Assembly: GCA_047634585.1 (NCBI GenBank)
Contig: JBLIAN010000014.1
Span: 18,110 to 82,109, forward strand
Reading direction: 5' to 3'
Length of the DNA stretch: 64,000 nucleotides
DNA from: Sulfitobacter sp.
GTDB lineage: Bacteria; Pseudomonadota; Alphaproteobacteria; Rhodobacterales; Rhodobacteraceae
Below are positions 28,813-36,250 of this stretch, piece by piece. A program made the translations under genes and the position numbers. The notes under the pieces are model-generated. The model had not been told where the DNA came from. It made no database searches and saw only the letters and a list, made by a program, of their open reading frames with translations. Positions within the stretch are counted from its first letter, which is position 1, and every line of letters begins with the position of its first letter.

Positions 28813-29663
28813 ACTTTGCCACCTACACCGCCGCCGGACAGCAATTCTATGGGGCCGTCACCGATCACGGCATGATCGCGCTCAGCCCGCAGTGCCCCCA
28901 CTGGCCCAGCCTGCTGGACGTTATTCAAGCCGGCGCCCTTGACCAACTGACCGCCCTTGCCGCAGGAAAACCCGTGACCCACACGGATTTCGAATATGAT
29001 ATGGTGCTGCCCAATGCGCAGCGCATCCTGTGTGTCGGGGTCAATTTCCCTGACCGGAATGCCGAATACAAAGACGGCTCTGCCCAGCCTGACTTCATGT
29101 CGCTGTTTCCACGTTTTGCCAGCGGATTTACCGGCCACGGGCGCAATCTGGTGCGCCCGCCGGAAAATCATACGCTGGATTATGAGGGTGAAGTCGCGAT
29201 CGTGATTGGCAAGGCCGGCCGCCGCATCGCCCAGGCAGATGCCTATGATCACATCGCCGCCCTGACCCTGTGCAACGAAGGCACGATCCGCGATTGGGTG
29301 CGCCATGCGAAATTCAATGTGACCCAAGGCAAGAACTGGGACAATTCCGGCGCGATGGGGCCCTGGCTGGTGCCTTTCACCGATGCTGCGCAACTGGATG
29401 AGGCGCGCATCATCACCCGGGTGAATGGCGAGATACGCCAAGACGATGTATTGTCACGGATGATGTTCCCGATCCGCCGCGAAATCGAATATATTTCGAC
29501 GTTTATGACCCTGAAACCGGGCGATATCATTGTCACCGGCACCCCCACAGGCGCGGGCGCACGGTTTGATCCACCGCGCTATTTGACACCCGGTGATGTG
29601 GTGGAAATCGAAGTTGGCGGCATCGGCACCCTGCGCAACGGGATCGCGGACGAACAGATATGA
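28809..29663 (+). CDS. hpaG: Fumarylacetoacetate hydrolase-family enzyme, HpaG-like (OPET decarboxylase / HHDD isomerase)
   Basis: FAH-fold motifs (LDYEGEVAIVIG, GDIIVTGTPTGAG). Operon context. It is a single FAH domain rather than the fused two-domain E. coli HpaG. Confidence 0.75.
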   Translation: MNFATYTAAGQQFYGAVTDHGMIALSPQCPHWPSLLDVIQAGALDQLTALAAGKPVTHTDFEYDMVLPNAQRILCVGVNFPDRNAEYKDGSAQPDFMSLFPRFASGFTGHGRNLVRPPENHTLDYEGEVAIVIGKAGRRIAQADAYDHIAALTLCNEGTIRDWVRHAKFNVTQGKNWDNSGAMGPWLVPFTDAAQLDEARIITRVNGEIRQDDVLSRMMFPIRREIEYISTFMTLKPGDIIVTGTPTGAGARFDPPRYLTPGDVVEIEVGGIGTLRNGIADEQI

Positions 29664-30460
29664 CCCCGCAAGAGCACGCCAAAGCCGCCGCTGATCTGTT
29701 GAAGGCCGAGGGTACCGGCCAGCAGATCGGCCTGTTGACCCAGCGCCATCCCGAGATCGGCATGGATGACGCCTATGAAATCCAGAACGCAATCTACCGC
29801 GCCAAACTGGCGGCGGGGCGCAGGGTGATCGGCTGGAAGATCGGGCTGACCTCGAAAGCGATGCAATATGCCTTGAACATCGACATTCCCGACAGCGGAA
29901 TCCTGTTTGATGACATGTTGTTTGCAGACAATGCCGTGGTGCCGGCGGGGCGGTTTATCCAGCCGCGCATTGAAGCCGAGATTGCCTTTGTACTGAAAGC
30001 GCCCTTGGGCGGGGCCAATGTGACCCGCGAGGACGTTCTGGCAGCAACAGAGTATGTTGCCCCCTCAATTGAAATTCTCGACACGCGCATTCAGCGGGTT
30101 GATCCGGCAACAGGACAAAGCCGCACGGTGTTTGACACAATCAGCGACAATGCTGCCAATGCGGGGATTGTGCTGGGGGCGCAAAAACATGCGGTAGACG
30201 ATTTTGATCTGCGCTGGGTCGGGGCAATGGCGTTTCGTAACGGTGAGATCGAAGAGACCGGCCTTGGCGCGGGTGTGTTGAATGATCCGGTGCAAAGCGT
30301 GGTCTGGCTGGCGCGGCGCATGGCGCAGTATGGCCAAAGCATTCAAGCGGGGCAGATTGTCCTGTCAGGCAGTTTCATCCGCCCGGTTGAATGCCCGTCA
30401 GGCACCAAAATCCATACGGATTTCGGTGCCTTTGGCGATGTGCATATATCATTTGATTAA
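29660..30460 (+). CDS. hpaH: 2-oxo-hept-4-ene-1,7-dioate hydratase
   Basis: MhpD/HpaH-family hydratase sequence (GWKIGLTSKAMQ, EAEIAF). About 266 aa, like E. coli HpaH. Confidence 0.8.
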   Translation: MTPQEHAKAAADLLKAEGTGQQIGLLTQRHPEIGMDDAYEIQNAIYRAKLAAGRRVIGWKIGLTSKAMQYALNIDIPDSGILFDDMLFADNAVVPAGRFIQPRIEAEIAFVLKAPLGGANVTREDVLAATEYVAPSIEILDTRIQRVDPATGQSRTVFDTISDNAANAGIVLGAQKHAVDDFDLRWVGAMAFRNGEIEETGLGAGVLNDPVQSVVWLARRMAQYGQSIQAGQIVLSGSFIRPVECPSGTKIHTDFGAFGDVHISFD

Positions 30461-30467
30461 CACAATC

Positions 30468-30496
30468 CCCTTGGCGGGGATCATGACCGCCAAGGG
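30468..30496 (+). terminator. Hairpin after the hpa operon (CCCTTGGCGG-N9-CCGCCAAGGG)
   Basis: Perfect 10-bp stem 8 nt after the hpaH stop. Only a weak T-run follows. Confidence 0.5.
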
Positions 30497-30498
30497 AA

Positions 30499-30528
30499 GG
30501 TTTCGCCTGCCACGGTTTCGCCTGCCAC
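30499..30528. repeat. Perfect tandem duplication of the 15-mer GGTTTCGCCTGCCAC (2 copies)
   Basis: Read directly in the sequence, in the 75-bp gap between the convergent hpaH and phyK. Confidence 0.9.
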
Positions 30529-30535
30529 AGCAAGA

Positions 30536-32260
30536 TCAGAAATCCGCCGGTTCATGTTCAAAGGTCGCCGCCTCGAAGGTGACAATCATCCGGTAGTTTT
30601 CTGCGTCCTGTTCGATCTCGATCTCGGCACCCAGCTGGATTGCAAAGGCATTGATCAATTTCGCCCCCATACCGGTGCTTTCGGCACTGTTGTCTTCGCC
30701 CACGGAATTGGCAAATTCAAACACACAGCTGTCATCGTCATGGCGTTTAAAGGACACCGATACCCATGATTGCACACCTGCGGTTTCACCTACATATTTC
30801 ATCGCGTTTGTGGCGGCCTCTGAAGCCAGCAGCGACATCGGCACCGCCTGATCAGGATAGAGCATCACATCATCAATATCCGCACTGACCCGCAATATTT
30901 CAGGATCAGGTGAGGCAATTTCAACCGACCTGTCGATGATTTCACGCACCAGTTCACCCACATTGACCAAGCCGCCTGTGCTGGTTTGATAGAGATCACG
31001 GTGGATAGTGGCCAGGCTCAGCACCCGGTCCTGCATCCGGCGCAACACCCGTTTGGTGTCCTCATGTTCGGCCTCGCGGATTTGCATGTTCAGGATCGAG
31101 GAAATCAGCTGAAGATTATTCTTCACCCGGTGATGCACCTCTTTTAACAGCACCTTTTGCTGGCGCACTGAATCTTCCAGTTCCGCCTCGTCGCGCAGGA
31201 TCGAATGTGCCATCGCCAGAAACGAAGCCTGGATGTTTTGCAATTCACTGGGCATTTCGGCGGTGCGTTCATTGGTCAACAGGGTGCGGTTGTCGGCAAA
31301 GCGGGTCATCTGCGCGCCAACGCTCAGGATGTGACGCGACACCAGCCGGTGAATGGCAAACAATGCCACCGCAAGGCTGATCACCCACATCAATCCCGGA
31401 AACAGGCTGGTGGGCAGGATTTTGCGAATTTCATCCGAGACGCCGTTTTCGCGATCCCAAACCCCCAGTGCATAGATATGGCCGTTTTCAATCGGCACCA
31501 CCGCATAGATCCGTTCCTTGCCATAGACGCTTTGGCGCGAAAATGTCTGGGCCTCCATGCCTGAAAACCCCGCAAGGTTGACCCCCAAAGGCAAATGCGT
31601 GACCGCCGTTTCAATGCCGTTGCGTGAACTCAGAATTTCGCCCTCGTTGTTGAAAATCAACAGATCGACAAGCGCCTCCTGGTCGCTGTCATCGCCCAAA
31701 GCATCCAGCGCGGTATGGGGAATCGAAATGGTGACAAAGCCCGACAAGATGTCGTCGTCAAACACCGGCTGGGAGATATTGATCACCGATCCTTCATTCA
31801 CCCTTGCGCCGGAATTGACCTCGATGCGCGGCGCTTCGGCGGCGACAGTGTCAGCGAAATCGGCATTGTCGGAAAAATCAAATTCCTGCAGCGCCGAGGA
31901 ACACACCATTTTCCCCGAAACCGGCAGATAGCCGATAAAGGTGAAGGGGCTGGCATTTTCCACGACCTGTTCAAGCCGCGTTGAACAGGTGGCCGGATCA
32001 TCCGGCAACTTGGGCAAAAACGCCCCGATCCCTGCGGCAAGGCCAAAGGCACGCTGGATGATCAGCCGTTCTTCGGCGGCGGCCTGTTCGGTCAGCCCCA
32101 GCAACGCCAGTTCGGCATTCTGGCTGGCCTGTTCGGTCACGCTTCGGGTCTGGCTGACCGCGATCAGGCCAATCGGCAGCATCGCCAATGACATCATCGC
32201 AACCAGCCGAAACCTAAGACTCTTGTACCATGCTTGCGGTTGGGGGTCTTCGATCTTCAC
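30536..32260 (-). CDS. phyK: HWE/HisKA_2-type sensor histidine kinase with a periplasmic sensor domain (PhyK-like general stress response kinase)
   Basis: Two TM helices flank a roughly 260-aa periplasmic region. H-box EVHHRVKNNLQLISSIL. Last gene of the nepR-ecfG operon. Confidence 0.7.
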   Translation of the reverse strand: MKIEDPQPQAWYKSLRFRLVAMMSLAMLPIGLIAVSQTRSVTEQASQNAELALLGLTEQAAAEERLIIQRAFGLAAGIGAFLPKLPDDPATCSTRLEQVVENASPFTFIGYLPVSGKMVCSSALQEFDFSDNADFADTVAAEAPRIEVNSGARVNEGSVINISQPVFDDDILSGFVTISIPHTALDALGDDSDQEALVDLLIFNNEGEILSSRNGIETAVTHLPLGVNLAGFSGMEAQTFSRQSVYGKERIYAVVPIENGHIYALGVWDRENGVSDEIRKILPTSLFPGLMWVISLAVALFAIHRLVSRHILSVGAQMTRFADNRTLLTNERTAEMPSELQNIQASFLAMAHSILRDEAELEDSVRQQKVLLKEVHHRVKNNLQLISSILNMQIREAEHEDTKRVLRRMQDRVLSLATIHRDLYQTSTGGLVNVGELVREIIDRSVEIASPDPEILRVSADIDDVMLYPDQAVPMSLLASEAATNAMKYVGETAGVQSWVSVSFKRHDDDSCVFEFANSVGEDNSAESTGMGAKLINAFAIQLGAEIEIEQDAENYRMIVTFEAATFEHEPADF

Positions 32261-32814
32261 TGCGGAATTGTACCCGCACCGGAAATCACGGCCATCGTGG
32301 CATTGTCAGTCAGTTCCATCGGGCTCTCGTCATCAAGCTGCAACAATTCGGTCAGTTTCGCGCGCCCGCGATTGGCGCGGCTTTTCACGGTGCCCACCGC
32401 AACCCCGCACATGTCAGCGGCTTCCTCATAGGAAAACCCCGATGCGCCCACAAGGATCAACGCCTCGCGCTGTTCATCGGGCAGGGTTTCAAACGCCTTT
32501 TTGAAATCACTTAGCTGCATCCGCCCGTCATGGTCCGGCTTCACCGACAAGGAGGCCGTAAACACGCCATCCACATCCGCAACCTCACGGTTCAGCTTGC
32601 GACGGCTGGAATAATAAGTGTTGCGCAGAATGGTGAACAACCAGGCCCGCATTTTTGTTCCGGCCTGGAACTTGTCGATGTTTGTCCATGCTTTGACCAC
32701 GGTATCTTGCACCATGTCATCGGCCGTGGCCCCATTGCGAGTCAGACTCAGCGCAAAGGCCCTCAGGGCCGGAAGATGTTCAACCAGCTCACTCCTTGGA
32801 TCTTCGGTACTCAT
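32257..32814 (-). CDS. ecfG: ECF sigma factor, EcfG (sigma-EcfG/SigT) type
   Basis: Sigma-70 regions 2 and 4 (DDMVQDTVVKAW, GFSYEEAADMCGVAVGTVKSR). Overlaps nepR and phyK by 4 nt on each side. Confidence 0.85.
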   Translation of the reverse strand: MSTEDPRSELVEHLPALRAFALSLTRNGATADDMVQDTVVKAWTNIDKFQAGTKMRAWLFTILRNTYYSSRRKLNREVADVDGVFTASLSVKPDHDGRMQLSDFKKAFETLPDEQREALILVGASGFSYEEAADMCGVAVGTVKSRANRGRAKLTELLQLDDESPMELTDNATMAVISGAGTIPQ

Positions 32815-32975
32815 TTTTTGTCCTTCAACTCGACATCTTGTGCCGCAAGAACATCAAGTAAGTCTTTGAAACGATCCGGCAATTTCTCTTCTGCCAGGTC
32901 CGAGTAGACCATCTTGAGGTTCTGATCGATCAGATCTGAAATGCGATCGTTGTCTTTTGCCTTATTGTTCTTCAT
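32811..32975 (-). CDS. nepR: NepR anti-sigma factor (54 aa)
   Basis: Small ORF immediately upstream of and overlapping ecfG. C-terminal LPDRFKDLLDVL helix typical of NepR. The start at 32975 is the only ATG downstream of the predicted promoter. Confidence 0.65.
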   Translation of the reverse strand: MKNNKAKDNDRISDLIDQNLKMVYSDLAEEKLPDRFKDLLDVLAAQDVELKDKK

Positions 32976-33018
32976 CTTATTTACGGTCTCTTTTTTTTCG
33001 AAAAAGTCATCACCCAAC

Positions 33019-33051
33019 GGAACCGAACGCATCATCACCGCGTTTGGTTCC
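33019..33051. promoter_or_regulatory. Two overlapping, divergent EcfG-type promoters (GGAAC-N17-CGTT on each strand)
   Basis: Plus strand: GGAAC 33019-33023 and CGTT 33041-33044, ahead of phyR. Minus strand: GGAAC 33051-33047 and CGTT 33029-33026, ahead of nepR. Confidence 0.7.
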
Positions 33052-33079
33052 GTAACAAATAGAAAAAAGGCAAAATAAA

Positions 33080-33892
33080 ATGTCGAATTCGCAAGGAACA
33101 TCTGATCTCTCTGGTCAGATCGCACAACAGCTTCCTTATCTGCGCCGCTATGCGCGGGCCTTGACCGGTTCGCAAACCAGCGGTGACAATTACGCGGTCG
33201 CCACGCTTGAGGCGATCCTTCAGGACAGATCCATCTTTGAGGAAGGCCTGTCGATCAGGGTCGGCCTGTTCAAATGTTTTCACGCCATCTGGATCAGCAC
33301 AGGGGCACCCGTGGTCGACGCCGCCACCGGGACACTGGGAAAAGCGCAGGCCCATCTGGCGACGCTGGGGGCCAATACCCGCGAGGCGCTGTTGCTTTCC
33401 ACAATTGAGGAATTCTCGATCTCGGATATTGCCTTGATCATGAACATCGACGCCGAGGAAGCGCGCCTGTTGATTTCGACCGCCCGCGCGGACATGGAAA
33501 ACAGCACCTCTGGCCGGATTTTGATCATCGAGGACGAACCGATCATCGCCGCCGATCTCAGCGCGATTGTCAGCGACCTGGGGCACAAGGTAACGGGCGT
33601 GGGGCGCACCCGCACAGATGCGGTGAAAAAGGGCACCGCAGACAAGCCCGATCTGATCCTTGCCGACATCCAACTGGCCGATAATTCTTCGGGCATTGAT
33701 GCAGTCAATGACCTGTTGAAAGAACTGGGCGATACGCCGGTGATCTTTATCACCGCCTTCCCGGAACGGCTGTTGACGGGGGACCGCCCCGAACCTGCGT
33801 TCCTGATTGCCAAACCCTATAAAGAAGAACAGGTGCAATCGGCGGTCAGTCAGGCGATGTTCTTTGCCTCGACCGAGACCCTGCTGGGCTGA
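33080..33892 (+). CDS. phyR: PhyR anti-anti-sigma response regulator (sigma-like N-domain plus receiver)
   Basis: N-terminal ECF-sigma-like domain (LPYLRRYARALTGS). C-terminal receiver (RILIIEDEPIIA...DLILADIQL...IAKPY). Confidence 0.9.
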   Translation: MSNSQGTSDLSGQIAQQLPYLRRYARALTGSQTSGDNYAVATLEAILQDRSIFEEGLSIRVGLFKCFHAIWISTGAPVVDAATGTLGKAQAHLATLGANTREALLLSTIEEFSISDIALIMNIDAEEARLLISTARADMENSTSGRILIIEDEPIIAADLSAIVSDLGHKVTGVGRTRTDAVKKGTADKPDLILADIQLADNSSGIDAVNDLLKELGDTPVIFITAFPERLLTGDRPEPAFLIAKPYKEEQVQSAVSQAMFFASTETLLG

Positions 33893-33916
33893 TCCATCAG
33901 CAGATCAACCAGACGG

Positions 33917-33949
33917 AAAAACCCCGCCCGACAAGGGGCGGGGTTTTTT
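33917..33949. terminator. Bidirectional rho-independent terminator
   Basis: AAAAA-CCCCGCCC-loop-GGGCGGGG-TTTTTT between the convergent phyR and the DUF1328 gene. Confidence 0.75.
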
Positions 33950-33980
33950 GATGGGATGCCCGTCAATGCCGCAGGGACAG

Positions 33981-34151
33981 TTAGCGCGATATCCCCCGCA
34001 GCGCCCGTATGATCAGCGTGGCCGCAAACAGCGCGAGAAAGATAAAGAACAAGATTTGCGCAATGCCGGCAGAGGCGCTGGCGATGCCGCCAAATCCGAA
34101 CACCGCCGCAATGATCGCGACGATAAAAAATATGAGAGCCCAGGATAGCAT
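33981..34151 (-). CDS. DUF1328/UPF0391-family small membrane protein (56 aa)
   Basis: [24 protein letters not shown]... is the characteristic sequence of this family. AAAGGA RBS present. Confidence 0.75.
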   Translation of the reverse strand: MLSWALIFFIVAIIAAVFGFGGIASASAGIAQILFFIFLALFAATLIIRALRGISR

Positions 34152-34209
34152 GTTTCGGTCCTTTCGATCTGGTTTCAATACGCCGCATCCGACGTTCATC
34201 TGCCAATCC

Positions 34210-34283
34210 AACCACCACCCCCTCAAACAAGTTCCATAAAAAGGAGTCACTTTTCCATGGAACCAAATGCGCCATCATCTGTT
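34210..34283. promoter_or_regulatory. Second pair of divergent EcfG-like promoters
   Basis: Minus strand: GGAAC (34235-34231)-N17-GGTT. Plus strand: GGAAC (34259-34263)-N16-TGTT. Both keep the GTT core at consensus spacing. Confidence 0.45.
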
Positions 34284-34326
34284 GTGTTTGCAGAGACCAA
34301 AAACGCAGCAAAAATGGAGAAGTATC

Positions 34327-34656
34327 ATGGCACGTGCCAGCACCAATGGATCCGCAAAAGAAATGACAGTGGCTGATCTGAATGATCAGATCGAAACCCT
34401 GCGCAATGATCTGAGCACCCTCACCGGATCAATCGCCGAACTGGGCAAAGCCAAGAAATCCCAACTCGGCGATGCCGCCGCGCATCAGGTTGAAATTGCC
34501 CGCCAGAAAGGTCTGGACGCGGCGGATGCCCTGGGTCACCGCGCCAAAGATGCCCAGCACCAAGCCGAAGATTTTGTAAAAACCCAGCCTGCCACCGCAC
34601 TTGGCATTGCCGCTGGCGTTGGCTTTCTTGTCGGCATGATGAGCAGCCGTCGCTAA
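34327..34656 (+). CDS. DUF883 (ElaB/YqjD-like) stress protein with a C-terminal membrane anchor
   Basis: Coiled N-region and C-terminal QPATALGIAAGVGFLVGMMSSRR. GGAGA RBS. Start at the ATG at 34327. Confidence 0.7.
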   Translation: MARASTNGSAKEMTVADLNDQIETLRNDLSTLTGSIAELGKAKKSQLGDAAAHQVEIARQKGLDAADALGHRAKDAQHQAEDFVKTQPATALGIAAGVGFLVGMMSSRR

Positions 34657-34657
34657 G

Positions 34658-35011
34658 ATGTTTGCCAGGGTAAAACATTCCGCCGCCCAAGCGGCGCGCA
34701 AAGCCGGCGTGATCAGCGCCGGCTTGCTGTGCATTCTGGTTGGTGCGGGGTTTCTGACGGCTGCGGCATGGATCTATCTGGCCAGCGCTTTTGACAGCTT
34801 GTTGGCCGCCACGGTGATTGGCGCTGTCTATGCCGGTGTCGGGCTGATCATGCTCGGACTGGCCAGCAGCAAAACGCCCAGCGCCCCCCATGCCGCCCAG
34901 GACCGCACAGCATCACCAGCCGCCGCCACCGGCGACACGCCGCCGCTGCTTCAGGCATTTTTATACGGGATGCAGGCAGGCGCCGCTAGCGACCGACGTT
35001 CATCATCGTGA
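34658..35011 (+). CDS. Two-TM membrane protein, YqjE/holin-X-like (usual partner of DUF883)
   Basis: Two hydrophobic helices. The start lies 1 nt after the DUF883 stop. Confidence 0.5.
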   Translation: MFARVKHSAAQAARKAGVISAGLLCILVGAGFLTAAAWIYLASAFDSLLAATVIGAVYAGVGLIMLGLASSKTPSAPHAAQDRTASPAAATGDTPPLLQAFLYGMQAGAASDRRSSS

Positions 35012-35342
35012 CCGCTTGGGTGATCATTTCGGTGGTGAATGTCCGTGGCAACAGGATCAGATCGGGGTCGCGCACTGTCAATTCATCCACCGTATCACTG
35101 AGCAAGATCAACTGCGCCGCGATGCCATTGGCCGCCTCGCGTGGATCACGTTCCTCCAATGCGCGGGTCGGGATGTCCAAAACCGCCAAGGCGGCCGGCG
35201 CATGATCAACCAGCGCATCGGTGGCATCCGCCAGCGATGGAAAGGAAATCACCCCCCCTGAGGGTACGTTGTCTTCGAGGCTTTGCGCGAGATCCATCGC
35301 GACAACCGGATCGGCGAGTACAATAATGATTTTCGTGTGCAT
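34986..35342 (-). CDS. Hypothetical protein with a degenerate receiver (REC)-like pattern
   Basis: KIIIVLADP / ALAVLDI / LILLSD / LLPRTF resemble beta1, beta3, beta4 and beta5 of a receiver domain, but the acidic pair and the conserved Lys are missing. The start is uncertain (ORF open to 35420). Confidence 0.35.
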   Translation of the reverse strand: MHTKIIIVLADPVVAMDLAQSLEDNVPSGGVISFPSLADATDALVDHAPAALAVLDIPTRALEERDPREAANGIAAQLILLSDTVDELTVRDPDLILLPRTFTTEMITQAVTMMNVGR

Positions 35343-35423
35343 GTATTTTTCCAGAAGCTGCGCCGCCAGTATACCGGCTTTTTTTGCAGCTGCATTAAAC
35401 TGTGACATAGGGAGTGGCATAAA

Positions 35424-36152
35424 TTGGCCCAGAAATGTGAGAACTGCCTGCTGCGACAGCGCCAGATGTTTCAGGATATGTCCAGAGAAGAAATCCAGTT
35501 CATGCAGAAGTTTAAGGTTGGCGAGCTTGTCGTAGAGGCAGGCACGCCGATTTTGATGGAAGGCTCCAACAGCCCGCAGCTTTTCACCGCTTTCGAGGGG
35601 ATGGGCGTTAGATACAAGACATTACCCAACGGCAGGCGGCAGGTGGTCAGCTTTGTTTTTCCCGGTGATTTTGTCGGGATGCAGGCCGGCATAATGGGGG
35701 AAATGGGCCATGCGGTTGAGGCCACAACCAAGATGACGCTCTGTGTCTTTGACCGCTCAGGGGTTTGGAACCTGTTCAAAAACCACCCTGAACGCGCCTT
35801 TGATCTGACATGGATCGCCGCCAGCGAAGAAAACTTTCTTGGCGAGGCCCTGTCATCCGTCGGCCAGCGCAGCGCAATCGAGGCCATCGCATGGGCCCTG
35901 GTGCGGATATTCCTGCGCGGCGCGGGGCTTGGCCTGGTGAAAAACAATGTGATGCCCCTGCCCTTCCGGCAACAGGATCTGGCCGATGCTTTGGGATTGT
36001 CGCTGGTGCATACCAACAAAACCCTTGCCAGCCTGCGCGAACGGCAATTGGCCAATTGGTCCGAGGGGGAGCTGCGGATCAGCGATCTGGAGGCATTGGC
36101 AGCGTTGGCCCAAACCGATACCGCCAAGGTCACGCCGCGACCGATCCTGTGA
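35424..36152 (+). CDS. Crp/Fnr-family transcriptional regulator
   Basis: cNMP-binding-like beta-barrel plus a C-terminal helix-turn-helix (QQDLADALGLSLVHTNKTLASLRE). N-terminal CxxC only if the TTG at 35424 is used; the alternative is the ATG at 35466. Confidence 0.8.
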   Translation: MAQKCENCLLRQRQMFQDMSREEIQFMQKFKVGELVVEAGTPILMEGSNSPQLFTAFEGMGVRYKTLPNGRRQVVSFVFPGDFVGMQAGIMGEMGHAVEATTKMTLCVFDRSGVWNLFKNHPERAFDLTWIAASEENFLGEALSSVGQRSAIEAIAWALVRIFLRGAGLGLVKNNVMPLPFRQQDLADALGLSLVHTNKTLASLRERQLANWSEGELRISDLEALAALAQTDTAKVTPRPIL

Positions 36153-36250
36153 TGCCCCCGGCCGCTGCCCAGCCCCTTGGCACCGCAGGTGGCTTTGGCC
36201 ATGATACCCCCAATCGCGCACGCCGTCGCGTCCGCCCCTAGATCAGGATA

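Noticed and set aside
33035-33838. 267-aa minus-strand ORF opposite phyR
   Set aside because: The plus-strand frame encodes an unmistakable sigma-like plus receiver PhyR protein. The minus-strand ORF would also start inside the mapped promoter element.
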